This document shows positions 27,718 to 37,136 of a DNA stretch of 47,847 nucleotides, one piece after another. The stretch comes from Aestuariivirga sp. (GTDB lineage: Bacteria; Pseudomonadota; Alphaproteobacteria; Rhizobiales; Aestuariivirgaceae), in contig JBGSNJ010000097.1 of NCBI GenBank assembly GCA_041739715.1, positions 1-47,847 on the forward strand. Reading direction: 5' to 3'. How positions within the stretch are numbered: the first letter of the stretch is position 1; each line of letters starts with the position of its first letter. The position numbers and the translations under genes are program-made. The notes beneath the pieces were generated by a model that was given only the letters and a program-made list of their open reading frames with translations, searched no databases and was not told the DNA's origin.

Positions 27718-28956
27718 GTGAAGAAGACCGTCATCGTCCTGAAGGGCTATCCGCGCCTGTCGGAAACCTTCATCGCGCAGGAACTGCTTGGCCTCGAGCG
27801 CGCCGGCATGTCGTTGGAACTGGTGGCGCTTCGCCGGCCGACCGATCACAAGCGACACCCGGTGCATGACGAGATCGTCGCTCCGGTGACCTATTTGCCC
27901 GAGTACCTCCATGATGACTATGGCCGCGTGGTGCGATCCTTCCTCCGCTGCCTTCTGAGGCCAGGTCTGATCGGAGCCTTGTTGGCGTTCCTGCGCGATC
28001 TCAGGCAAGACAGGTCGCGCAACCGGGTGCGCCGGCTTGGCCAGGCGTTGGTGCTCGCGGCCGAGATGCCCCCCGGGGCACGATGGCTGCATGCGCATTT
28101 CATTCACACGCCGGCCTCGGTTACGTCTTATGCGAGCCTGATCACCGGCGTTGCCTGGTCGTGTTCGGCGCATGCAAAGGACATCTGGACGTCTCCGGAT
28201 TGGGATCTGCGTCGCAAGCTGGACGAAGCCCGTGGCGTGGTGACATGCACGAAGGCTGGATACGATCATCTGCGGACGCTTGCTGGCGATCCGGCGCGCG
28301 TCCATCTGAGCTATCATGGCCTCGACCTGCAGCGCTTCGGCCACTTCGATGGTGCGCGGTCGCAGCGAGACGGCACACGGCCGAAGGAACCGGTCTTGAT
28401 ACTCAGCGTGGGTCGTGCCGTGCCGAAAAAGGGCTATGATATCCTGCTGCGGGCGCTGGCCCTGCTGAAACCTGAGGCCGGCTTCCGCTTCGTCCACGTC
28501 GGCGGAGGGGAAGACCTGGCGGCCCTGAAAGAGCTGTCCATCTTCCTCTCGCTTGATGACCGGATCGACTGGAAGGGGCCGCTCGCCCAGGGCGATATCC
28601 TGAATCTCTACCGCGAGGCCGACATCTTCACGCTGGCCTGCCGGATCTCGGAGGACGGCGACCGCGATGGCCTGCCCAATGTACTGGTCGAGGCGTCAAG
28701 CCAGGCGCTGGTTTGTGTCTCCACAGATGTCTCTGGAATTCCTGAGCTCCTGCAGGATGATGAAAATGGCCTGCTCGTGCCGCCGGAGGATCCTGTGGCG
28801 CTGGCAGCAGCCCTGAAGCGCCTGATCGGAGATCCCGAACTGCGTCGCCGCCTTGGCACCGCAGCGGAGCGGCGGGTGCGCCAGCACTTCGACCATCTGT
28901 CCAGCATCAAGCAGCTGCTGGCGCTGTTCGGTTCTGACTGGCGCAGCGAGACCTGA
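27718..28956 (+). CDS. GT4 glycosyltransferase (WcaL-like)
   Basis: KGYPRLSETFI, SAHAKDI, VGRAVPKKG, DGDRDGLPNVLVEA. Confidence 0.9.
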   Translation: MKKTVIVLKGYPRLSETFIAQELLGLERAGMSLELVALRRPTDHKRHPVHDEIVAPVTYLPEYLHDDYGRVVRSFLRCLLRPGLIGALLAFLRDLRQDRSRNRVRRLGQALVLAAEMPPGARWLHAHFIHTPASVTSYASLITGVAWSCSAHAKDIWTSPDWDLRRKLDEARGVVTCTKAGYDHLRTLAGDPARVHLSYHGLDLQRFGHFDGARSQRDGTRPKEPVLILSVGRAVPKKGYDILLRALALLKPEAGFRFVHVGGGEDLAALKELSIFLSLDDRIDWKGPLAQGDILNLYREADIFTLACRISEDGDRDGLPNVLVEASSQALVCVSTDVSGIPELLQDDENGLLVPPEDPVALAAALKRLIGDPELRRRLGTAAERRVRQHFDHLSSIKQLLALFGSDWRSET

Positions 28957-28958
28957 TC

Positions 28959-30089
28959 GTGAAGCGGGTCTTCTTCTACGTCCAGCATCTTCTCGGTATC
29001 GGTCACCTGGTCAGAACCAACCGCATTGCCGCAGCATTGGTGGAGGTGGGCCTCGACGTGACGCTCGTCATGGGGGGCCTCCCCGTCGAGGGCCTTGTCC
29101 AGCCCGGTTGCCGCAGCCTTCAACTGCCCGCAGTGAAGGCCGGTGCGGCAGGCTTCTCCGCGCTGGAGGACGAAGAGGGGCGGCCGGTCGACGCCGCCTT
29201 CAAGACGCGGCGTACAGCCATGCTTCTCGATGCGTTCCGCAGCAGCCAGGCCGACGTGCTGCTGATCGAAGCCTTCCCCTTCGGCCGCCGGGCCATGCGC
29301 TTCGAACTGCTACCCCTGCTCGAACGCGCCAATGCCCTTCCGCGGCGTCCGCTCATTGCGACCTCGGTCCGAGACATTCTGCAGGAAACCACAAAGCCGG
29401 GCCGGGCGGAGGAGACCCTGGAGACGATCGAGCGCTACTTCGATCTCGTGCTCGTGCACGGCGATCCCGGTTTTGCGAAGCTTGATGAGACCTTTCCACT
29501 TGCGGCCGCCATCACCAAGGAGGTTCTCTACACTGGCCTGGTTGCTGGACCGCCGCCGGTGCCGGTACCGTTGACGTTTGACATTCTGATCTCGGCTGGG
29601 GGAGGGGCTGCAGGCCTGCCGCTCATTCGCGCGGCAGCAGAGATGATGGCTAGGCCTGGCAATACCTATCGCTGCGGCATGATCACCGGGCCAAACCTGC
29701 CGCGGGCAGAAATCGACTCGCTCCTGGCGCGCAGAACAAGAGGACTTGAGATCTTTGCGTTTCGCCCTGATCTGCCGGACCTCCTCGGCGGCTGCAGCCT
29801 GTCCATCTCGCAGGCCGGCTACAATACCGTATGCGACGTCCTGCGGGCAGGATGCCGGTCGCTGCTGGTTCCCTTTGCCGCGGGCGGAGAAACCGAGCAG
29901 TCGGTCCGCGCCCAGCGGCTGGCGGCCATGGGTCTCGCGGCCGTGCTGCCCGAAGCATCCGTTTCTGCCGATCAGCTGCAATCCAGGGTTCAGGTCCTGC
30001 TCGCGCAGCCTGCTCCGCAGACCAGCCGTCTCGATCTGGATGGCGCCCGCCGGACGGCGGAACTCCTGCTGGCGCGGCTCGGCGCATGA
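28959..30089 (+). CDS. GT-B glycosyltransferase (COG4671 / GT28 C-terminal-like)
   Basis: YVQHLLGIGH, EAFPFGRR, SAGGG, SQAGYNT, ETEQ..RA. Confidence 0.82.
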   Translation: MKRVFFYVQHLLGIGHLVRTNRIAAALVEVGLDVTLVMGGLPVEGLVQPGCRSLQLPAVKAGAAGFSALEDEEGRPVDAAFKTRRTAMLLDAFRSSQADVLLIEAFPFGRRAMRFELLPLLERANALPRRPLIATSVRDILQETTKPGRAEETLETIERYFDLVLVHGDPGFAKLDETFPLAAAITKEVLYTGLVAGPPPVPVPLTFDILISAGGGAAGLPLIRAAAEMMARPGNTYRCGMITGPNLPRAEIDSLLARRTRGLEIFAFRPDLPDLLGGCSLSISQAGYNTVCDVLRAGCRSLLVPFAAGGETEQSVRAQRLAAMGLAAVLPEASVSADQLQSRVQVLLAQPAPQTSRLDLDGARRTAELLLARLGA

Positions 30090-30354
30090 GCAGACTGCCC
30101 CGAACTTGGGCAGGCCGCTCCGCACGCACACCCACCGACATGGTGGCGCTTTCCGCCAAGTTACTGTAGTTTCATACTTTCCGGGAGCAGGGACAGCCAG
30201 GCTTGAGACATCCGATTGAGACCAATTGGCGCGCCGTTTTCGTCGCGGGTGGTCTGCCAGCGAACGGGCGGAAACTCGAAAGCCCCCTGGGCGCCCGGGG
30301 GACGCGGCGTATTGCACGCTTCGGCAGCCTCCGCGTTGCGTCGAGACCCGCGTG

Positions 30355-33069
30355 ATGGACAAAAATCTCTCAAGATACATCTGGAAGCATACACGCAGTC
30401 AGCAGATCTGGATCCTGTTTGTTGTGCTTGTCTCGATGTACACGTATTTTCTGTCTTTCGATCTTCCGAAATTCATCGTCAATGGTCCCATACAGGGCCA
30501 AGGCTTCGAGACGCCCGGTGCGACGCAGACCTATCTCAAGCTGGCCCCGACACTGCCATTCATCGGGACCATCGACATCTTTCCGGGCTTCGATCTCACC
30601 CGCATGGGCGCGCTGATCTATCTGAGCCTCTTCTTCCTGCTGCTCGTGATCGTGAATGGCGCCTTCAAGTTCTACATCAATACCTACAAGGGCCGTCTCG
30701 GCGAACGCATGCTGCGCCGTATCCGCTTCGAATTAGTTGACCGCATCCTCCGTTTTCCGCCGCAGCAGTTCAAGTATGTGAAGCCAGCCGAGCTTGCCAC
30801 GATGGTCAAGGACGAGGTGGAACCACTCGGTGGCTTCATCGGCGATGCCTTCGTGCAGCCGGCCTTGCTGGGCGGCCAGGCCGCAACAGCGTTGATCTTC
30901 ATATTCGTGCAGAATTTCTGGCTCGGTACAATTGCTGCGGCCATAGTGGCAGTGCAACTCATCATCATTCCGAAGATGCGCAAGCGCCTGCTTTTGCTGG
31001 GCCGCGAGCGGCAGCTGACGGCCCGCGAACTCTCCGGCCGCATCAGCGAGATATCGGAAGGCATCTCGACCATCCACAGCCACGACACGTCGAATCTCGA
31101 GCGAGCCGATATCTCCGCGCGGCTGGGCCGGATCTTCAAGATCCGCTACGATCTCTATCAATGGAAGTTCCTGGTGAAGTTCCTGAACAACTTCTTGGCC
31201 CAGGTCACGCCCTTTCTTTTCTATCTCATCGGCGGCTACCAGGTGATCAGCGGCACCCTCGACGTGGGCCAGCTGGTCGCCGTCATTGCCGCCTACAAGG
31301 ACCTGCCGAGTCCTCTCAAGGATCTTATCGACTGGGATCAGGCCCGCCAGGAAGTGAAGATCAAGTATCTGCAGGTGTACGAGCAGTTCGACATCGACAA
31401 CATGATGGACGGCAAGATTCAGGCGCTCGAGACGAAGCCCGTCGATCCGCTGAACCATGCGCTTGAAGCCGTCAATCTCTCGATCACAGATGATAGTGGC
31501 GCAAGACTTCTCGACCGCATGTCGATCAGTGTGAAGCACGGCGAATCCCTGGCCATCGTCGGCAATACAGGTGGCAGCGGCGAAGCGCTGACCGAGGCAT
31601 TGGCCAGGGTCATAAGACCAGCCGGAGGCAAGATCGCGCTGGGGCCACATGACCTTCACGAATTGCCCGAGTCGGTCACCGGTCGCCGCATGTCCTATGC
31701 AAGCTCCGATGCCTATCTCTTTCAGGGAAAGCTCCGCGACAATCTTCTGTACGGATTGAAGCATGCGCCTCTCCAGCCTCCGGTAGAGCGGTCCGAGGCT
31801 TCGGCGCAAAAGAAATGGGAAATCGAAGAAGCCAACAGATCGGGCAATGTGGACTACGACATCCATGCGGACTGGATCGACTATGCGGCAGCGGGTGCAA
31901 CTGGACCTCAGGACATCGTCAATGTGATTTTGCCGCTTCTGGATGCCGTGCAGCTGTCCAACGAACTTGTCGAGCTCGGCCTCCGCTCGCGGACCACCGC
32001 AAGCCATCACCCGAAGATTTCCGAAGGTATCGTCGCCGTGCGGAAAGCATTCCGCGAACGCCTCGCATCGGAGAACCTTGATGAGGTCGTGGTGCCGTTC
32101 AAGTCAGGTGTCTACAATCCGGAGGCAACAGTCAGCGAGAACCTGCTGTTCGGTGCGGCGACCGGTCCGCTGCTGGATAGCTCATCCCTGGCCAAGGACG
32201 CCTACTTCCTGTCGGTACTTGAGAGCTCAGGACTGACAGAGACGTTCTACAAGATGGGCCTGGAGATTGCCGAGAACGTGGTGGAACTCTTCCGCGACCT
32301 TCCGCCTGACCATCCCTTCTTCCAGAATCTTCCGTTCATGACGTCGGATCAGCTTCCCGAGTACCAGGCGCTCCTGAAGCGGGCCCAGGGCAAGAGTTTC
32401 CCGGCGCTGACCGAGGCGGACCGGACCAGGGTCCTCGCTTTGACTTTCCCCTACGTCGAGCCCCAACACCGTTTCGGCGTGCTGACACCCGAAATCATGG
32501 CGCGCATCGTGGACATGCGTCACGCCTTCCTGAGGAATCTGCCGGACAGGCTGAAGGGCAGCATCGAACCCTATGACCCCGAACGCTACAACACCGCGGC
32601 TAGCCTTCTCGACAATGTGCTTCTCGGCCGTATCGCCCACCAGCATTCCGATGAGGGCGATCACATCCGGCGTATCGTGCGCGAGGTCTTGACCGAGCAG
32701 GGGCTGCGCGAGGACGTGATCGACATGGGGCTTGCCTTCAATGCCGGCGTGGGTGGCCGCCGCCTGTCGGCAGGAATGCGGCAGAAGGTCAACCTTGCCC
32801 GGGCCCTCATCAAGCGCTCCGACTATCTTATCCTGAACCGGCCCCTGTCGGCGCTGGATCAGCAGGAACAGAGGTCGATTGCCGTCAATCTGTTGGAGTG
32901 GTCGCGCAAGATGGGCTACAAGCCTGCAGTTGTTGCCGTTCTGTCGACACCGTCGCTTGCTGCGCTTTTCGACAAGGTCATGGTCTTCGAGCGCGGCGCA
33001 CCTGTCGCAACCGGGCCTTACAGCAAACTCGTCGAAGAGAACGAGAACTTCAAGAAGCTGCTTACATGA
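30355..33069 (+). CDS. ABC exporter-like protein (TMD plus interrupted, degenerate NBD)
   Basis: TM domain, then GNTGGSGEA (Walker A-like), LSAGMRQK signature and LILNR (Walker B-like); ATG 30355 inferred. Confidence 0.82.
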   Translation: MDKNLSRYIWKHTRSQQIWILFVVLVSMYTYFLSFDLPKFIVNGPIQGQGFETPGATQTYLKLAPTLPFIGTIDIFPGFDLTRMGALIYLSLFFLLLVIVNGAFKFYINTYKGRLGERMLRRIRFELVDRILRFPPQQFKYVKPAELATMVKDEVEPLGGFIGDAFVQPALLGGQAATALIFIFVQNFWLGTIAAAIVAVQLIIIPKMRKRLLLLGRERQLTARELSGRISEISEGISTIHSHDTSNLERADISARLGRIFKIRYDLYQWKFLVKFLNNFLAQVTPFLFYLIGGYQVISGTLDVGQLVAVIAAYKDLPSPLKDLIDWDQARQEVKIKYLQVYEQFDIDNMMDGKIQALETKPVDPLNHALEAVNLSITDDSGARLLDRMSISVKHGESLAIVGNTGGSGEALTEALARVIRPAGGKIALGPHDLHELPESVTGRRMSYASSDAYLFQGKLRDNLLYGLKHAPLQPPVERSEASAQKKWEIEEANRSGNVDYDIHADWIDYAAAGATGPQDIVNVILPLLDAVQLSNELVELGLRSRTTASHHPKISEGIVAVRKAFRERLASENLDEVVVPFKSGVYNPEATVSENLLFGAATGPLLDSSSLAKDAYFLSVLESSGLTETFYKMGLEIAENVVELFRDLPPDHPFFQNLPFMTSDQLPEYQALLKRAQGKSFPALTEADRTRVLALTFPYVEPQHRFGVLTPEIMARIVDMRHAFLRNLPDRLKGSIEPYDPERYNTAASLLDNVLLGRIAHQHSDEGDHIRRIVREVLTEQGLREDVIDMGLAFNAGVGGRRLSAGMRQKVNLARALIKRSDYLILNRPLSALDQQEQRSIAVNLLEWSRKMGYKPAVVAVLSTPSLAALFDKVMVFERGAPVATGPYSKLVEENENFKKLLT

Positions 33070-33107
33070 TGTTCAGTGTGTCAACGTCAAGCTAAGGGAT
33101 CCATGCA

Positions 33108-33578
33108 ATGGCGCTCAAGGAAGAGGTCGAGCAGCTGAAGAGCGTTCCGCTCTTCGCGGATGTCTCTCCGGCGAAGCTCAAGCTGCTCGCCTTCACATCC
33201 GATGTGGTCAGTTTTCCTGCCGGACGCGTACTCTTCAATCAGGGCGATCTCGGCGATGCCGCCTACGTTGTGCTCTCCGGAGAAGTCGACGTGCTCATCA
33301 CTGCGGGCGGCGAACAGATCAAGGTTGACACCATTGGTGCCAATTCGATCGTTGGAGAGATCGCAATCCTCTGTGACGTGGTCAGGACCGCGACGATCAA
33401 GACAACTCAGCCAGTTACCGCGCTGCGTATCCGCAAGGAGCACTTCCTGAAGCTCCTGGCGGAGTTCCCGGAGATGACGATCCAGATCATGCGGGTACTC
33501 GCCGAGCGCCTGAACCATACCACCTCGGCCCTGACCGAGGCGCGCAGCCAGCTGCGCAAGGCCGGTCAGCGTGCCTGA
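33108..33578 (+). CDS. Stand-alone cyclic-nucleotide-binding protein
   Basis: VPLF, LF.QGD.GD..Y...SG.V, GEIAIL...RTAT phosphate-binding cassette; no HTH. Confidence 0.9.
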   Translation: MALKEEVEQLKSVPLFADVSPAKLKLLAFTSDVVSFPAGRVLFNQGDLGDAAYVVLSGEVDVLITAGGEQIKVDTIGANSIVGEIAILCDVVRTATIKTTQPVTALRIRKEHFLKLLAEFPEMTIQIMRVLAERLNHTTSALTEARSQLRKAGQRA

Positions 33579-33581
33579 CGC

Positions 33582-34325
33582 CTAACGTCCGGCTTCCACG
33601 GCATCGGTCGCGTCAGCCGCGCTGAGCCAGCGGCCTTCAGTCAGTTGGAAAAGGCGCCGCAGAAAGTCCCAGGCGGCCTCATCGTGAACAAGGTGGTGGC
33701 TCAGTATGCCAATCGGCGATTCATCATGGTCGTGCTGGTGGATCAGGCCGGAGAGCGCGTCGATCAGTTCGCCGTGATCGCGGCAGCCGCGGTTGCCGCG
33801 CCAGTTCATGATGTCGAGTTGCGTATTCACCACCGTGACGGATGCGGCCGGCGCCGCCGATCCGAAGGTTGATAGGGCACGGAAGCCGAGCTGTCCCAGG
33901 TGCGGCAGAAACTCCGGCGCAATCCGGTTCCACGGCGGGACCAGCATCGTCAGCAGTCTTCCGCCAAAGAGATCGGACATGCGCTGGCGCGCCGCGGCCA
34001 ATTCCTTCAGCACGACAGGAAGCGGGCGGTGAAGTCCGAGTTCCTGCTTCTTCGAAGCGTCTGGCGCATGGTTGCAATGAGCCCAGCCATGGATAACGGG
34101 GCATGCCATCCTGCAGCCTTCAATGCGGGTAACCAGCGGCTGTCCGGCAAGGGCGGGAACGATCGCCAGGGCCACGGGCACGTGATGGTGCTCCGTCATT
34201 TGCAGAAGCCGGTCAAGTGCCGGCGTTGGCGCGACGGCATCGTCGTCCCTCAGCCAGAACCTGGCCCGGGGACCGGCGCAGGCAATCTGCTCCGCAAGCG
34301 AATGCCACTTTGCATCGAAGCTCAC
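33582..34325 (-). CDS. Polysaccharide deacetylase family protein
   Basis: WLRDDD, HGWAH, VPPWNRI, GILSHH motifs; GTGA overlap with upstream GT4. Confidence 0.82.
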   Translation of the reverse strand: MSFDAKWHSLAEQIACAGPRARFWLRDDDAVAPTPALDRLLQMTEHHHVPVALAIVPALAGQPLVTRIEGCRMACPVIHGWAHCNHAPDASKKQELGLHRPLPVVLKELAAARQRMSDLFGGRLLTMLVPPWNRIAPEFLPHLGQLGFRALSTFGSAAPAASVTVVNTQLDIMNWRGNRGCRDHGELIDALSGLIHQHDHDESPIGILSHHLVHDEAAWDFLRRLFQLTEGRWLSAADATDAVEAGR

Positions 34326-35407
34326 GGCACACTCTCCGCAAGAGATGAACGCAGGATGCCGGCCGCCGTAGTCAGCGAGTGGCTTTCGAACACGGTTCTG
34401 CGGGCGGCGCCGGCCATCCTGTTGCGTAGCTCAGGGTTCTCGATCAAGCTGCGGAGCGCGGCTGCGAAGCCTTCGATATCACCTGGCCGCGTAAGCAATC
34501 CGGTTTCCTTGTCCCGGACCACGTCAGGCACTCCGGCTGCGGCCTGCGCAACCACGGGCAGCCCGGCTGCCTGTGCTTCGAGATAGGCCAGCCCATAGGC
34601 CTCGGCAAATCCAGGCCAGACATAGATGCCACCCTGCGTCAGGACGCCGGCTACGTCTTCGGGCGGCAGGGCGCCGAGCCACTCGATCCGGTGCTGTGGC
34701 AGATGTGCAAAGAGGGCATGCACGTCCTCGCGCATGTCGCCATCGCCGACAACTGACCATCGCCAGTCGAGGTCGGTCAAGAGATCGAGTGCCTGGGCCA
34801 GCATCCGGTAGCTGTCGAATTTGTCGCCCCTTCGCATCATGGCCACGGTGACGAGGCGGGTGGATATCTCTGGCGATGCGACGTGACTGAAAGGCGAGCA
34901 GTCGATGAAGGGCGGCAGCATCCGGAGCCTTGCCGATGGAATGGCGGCCGCCAGGCCATCGCGGTCACGGCGTGTAAAGCAGAAATTCGTGGCGGCCAGG
35001 GAGACGCAGTTCGCAACCCGATCCTGACATTCGCGCCATATGCCGTCATTGCGCCGCTGTGCATAGGATGCTTCTGCCGTGACATAAGGAATGCCGAAAC
35101 GGCGCACCAATGCTGGTCCGAGAAGATCGGGCGACTTGTAATAGGGGTGATAGCAGAACCAGAGATCGGGCACGCGGCCTGATGTCCAGGCCTCTGCAAT
35201 TCGCGCAACCTCCAGCTCAGCCTGCTGCTTGCAGTCCTCCCATTGGCTTTGCGAGGGCGCCGGAAGATAGACGCGGAGGTGGGAGGCGGCCTCGACGGTT
35301 GCACCACCGGCCGTCAGCGCCCTGATTAGCAGCCGCGCCATCTGCCGATCGCCGGAGGGCGTCGGGTGCTCGGGCGATTTCAGGGGGGCATAGAAGGCTA
35401 TGCGCAT
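34322..35407 (-). CDS. GT4 glycosyltransferase
   Basis: FYAPLKSP.HP.PSGDR, EAYGLAYLEAQAAGLPVV. Confidence 0.9.
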   Translation of the reverse strand: MRIAFYAPLKSPEHPTPSGDRQMARLLIRALTAGGATVEAASHLRVYLPAPSQSQWEDCKQQAELEVARIAEAWTSGRVPDLWFCYHPYYKSPDLLGPALVRRFGIPYVTAEASYAQRRNDGIWRECQDRVANCVSLAATNFCFTRRDRDGLAAAIPSARLRMLPPFIDCSPFSHVASPEISTRLVTVAMMRRGDKFDSYRMLAQALDLLTDLDWRWSVVGDGDMREDVHALFAHLPQHRIEWLGALPPEDVAGVLTQGGIYVWPGFAEAYGLAYLEAQAAGLPVVAQAAAGVPDVVRDKETGLLTRPGDIEGFAAALRSLIENPELRNRMAGAARRTVFESHSLTTAAGILRSSLAESVP

Positions 35408-35436
35408 GACGCCTCCGTGGCGCGGAATGCCATGGC

Positions 35437-36819
35437 TCAGGCCTTGATGATATGTTCGCCAGCAAGTCCGCGGCGGCCGAAACCATTGCGCGTGTCGACG
35501 ATGAGCTTTGCCGACGTGGCGATCATGGCGTAGTCGAAGCTGCTGTGGTCCGTGGCGAGCAGGACCGCGTGGTAGGACGCAACCGACCGTGCATCCAGAC
35601 CAACCGAGATGCGGCCGGCATACTCCATGTGTTCCCGTGTCGGTCCGATCTCGGGAAGATGAGGGTCGTGATAGTCGACTGCGGCACCTCTCCTCTCGAG
35701 CAGCGACATCAGCTTGAAGGACGGACTTTCCCGCATGTCGCCCACATCCTTCTTGTAGGCAAGCCCAAGGATCAGGATGCGAGCGCCGGCAAGGCCTACA
35801 CCCTGCTTCCGGTCGAGCGCTTCGGCGAGCCTGTCGACGACATAGCGCGGCATCGACAGATTGATCTCTCCGGCCAGCTCGACAAAGCGCGTCGACAGAT
35901 CGAACTCGCGCGCCTTCCAGGTCAGGTAGAAGGGGTCGATGGGAATGCAGTGGCCTCCCAGTCCGGGTCCGGGGTAGAAGGGCATGAAACCAAAGGGCTT
36001 GGTCTTTGCCGCCTCGATGACTTCCCAGATGTCGATGCCCATGGCGTCGTAAGTGGTCTTGAGTTCGTTGACGAGGGCGATGTTCACCGCACGGAAGATG
36101 TTTTCGGTGATCTTCACGGCTTCAGCGACATCGGGCGAAGAGACCGGCACGATCTGGCGGACCACGGCGGCATAGAACGCCGAGACAATCTGCGAGGCCT
36201 CCGGCCCGTCGCCAGCCACGACCTTTGGAATGTCCGACGTCGAGAAGTCCGTATTGCCCGGGTCCTCGCGCTCGGGCGAGAAGCCGACGAAGAAGTCGCG
36301 GCGATTGACCAGTCCGCTTTCCTCCAGAATCGGGACAAGGACTTCGCGCGTTGTTCCGGGATAGGTGGTGGACTCAAGAACAATCAGCTGCCCTTTGCGC
36401 AGTGCGGCCGCAATGCTCTGCGCGGTCTTGCGGACGGCCGAGAGGTCGGGTTCTCGCTGCCTGGTGAGCGGCGTCGGCACACAGATCACGACCACATCGC
36501 AGTTGGCGATTTCGGCGAAGTCCATGGTTGCATGGAATCGACCTGCGCGCCGGTGTCCGTCGATGGCAGAACCGGGCACGGCATCGATGTAGGACCGTCC
36601 GCGATTCAGGAGATCGATCTTTGCCGGATCAATGTCGAAGCCCGTCACCCGAAAACCGGCCCTGGCGGTTGCATTGACAAGGGGCAACCCCACATAGCCA
36701 AGTCCGATGATGCCGATCACGGCGCTGCGGCCGGCAATTCGTGCCAGAGTGTCGGAAGCGTGGGGTGAACTGCTCTGATCAGGAGGCATTCGCGCCCCTG
36801 CGTGCGAGGCCGGGTCCAT
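35437..36819 (-). CDS. Nucleotide-sugar 6-dehydrogenase (UDP-HexNAc type, WbpA/WecC-like)
   Basis: GLGYVG, CVPTP, ESTTYPGTT, SPEREDPG, GPGLGGHCIP, YKKDVGDMRESP; start 36819 or 36789. Confidence 0.92.
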   Translation of the reverse strand: MDPASHAGARMPPDQSSSPHASDTLARIAGRSAVIGIIGLGYVGLPLVNATARAGFRVTGFDIDPAKIDLLNRGRSYIDAVPGSAIDGHRRAGRFHATMDFAEIANCDVVVICVPTPLTRQREPDLSAVRKTAQSIAAALRKGQLIVLESTTYPGTTREVLVPILEESGLVNRRDFFVGFSPEREDPGNTDFSTSDIPKVVAGDGPEASQIVSAFYAAVVRQIVPVSSPDVAEAVKITENIFRAVNIALVNELKTTYDAMGIDIWEVIEAAKTKPFGFMPFYPGPGLGGHCIPIDPFYLTWKAREFDLSTRFVELAGEINLSMPRYVVDRLAEALDRKQGVGLAGARILILGLAYKKDVGDMRESPSFKLMSLLERRGAAVDYHDPHLPEIGPTREHMEYAGRISVGLDARSVASYHAVLLATDHSSFDYAMIATSAKLIVDTRNGFGRRGLAGEHIIKA

Positions 36820-37136
36820 CGTCAGTCATGCTCGATCCGTCTTTCACCGCCGACATGGCGTTCCTATGCCCTGCCGCTTCGAAGGGTGCAAATGGAAGAT
36901 AGTCTGGCGCTGCACCAGAGGTCAAAGTTCGATGCACCGGCACGCGCGGTACACGCCGTCGAAGTCCCCGTGCCACCAGAGATTTAGCATAAGCATTTGT
37001 TTTTCATGAGACAATTAAGGGCGGTTGGTTCCTTGGCCGGCGCGTTGGTGCGGGCTCAAGCTACGGATAGTCTTGGACCCCGCGGGGCTGCCTGTGTTAT
37101 GCGGCGCGCAAGTTGAAGGATCTATGGAGTTGTCAC

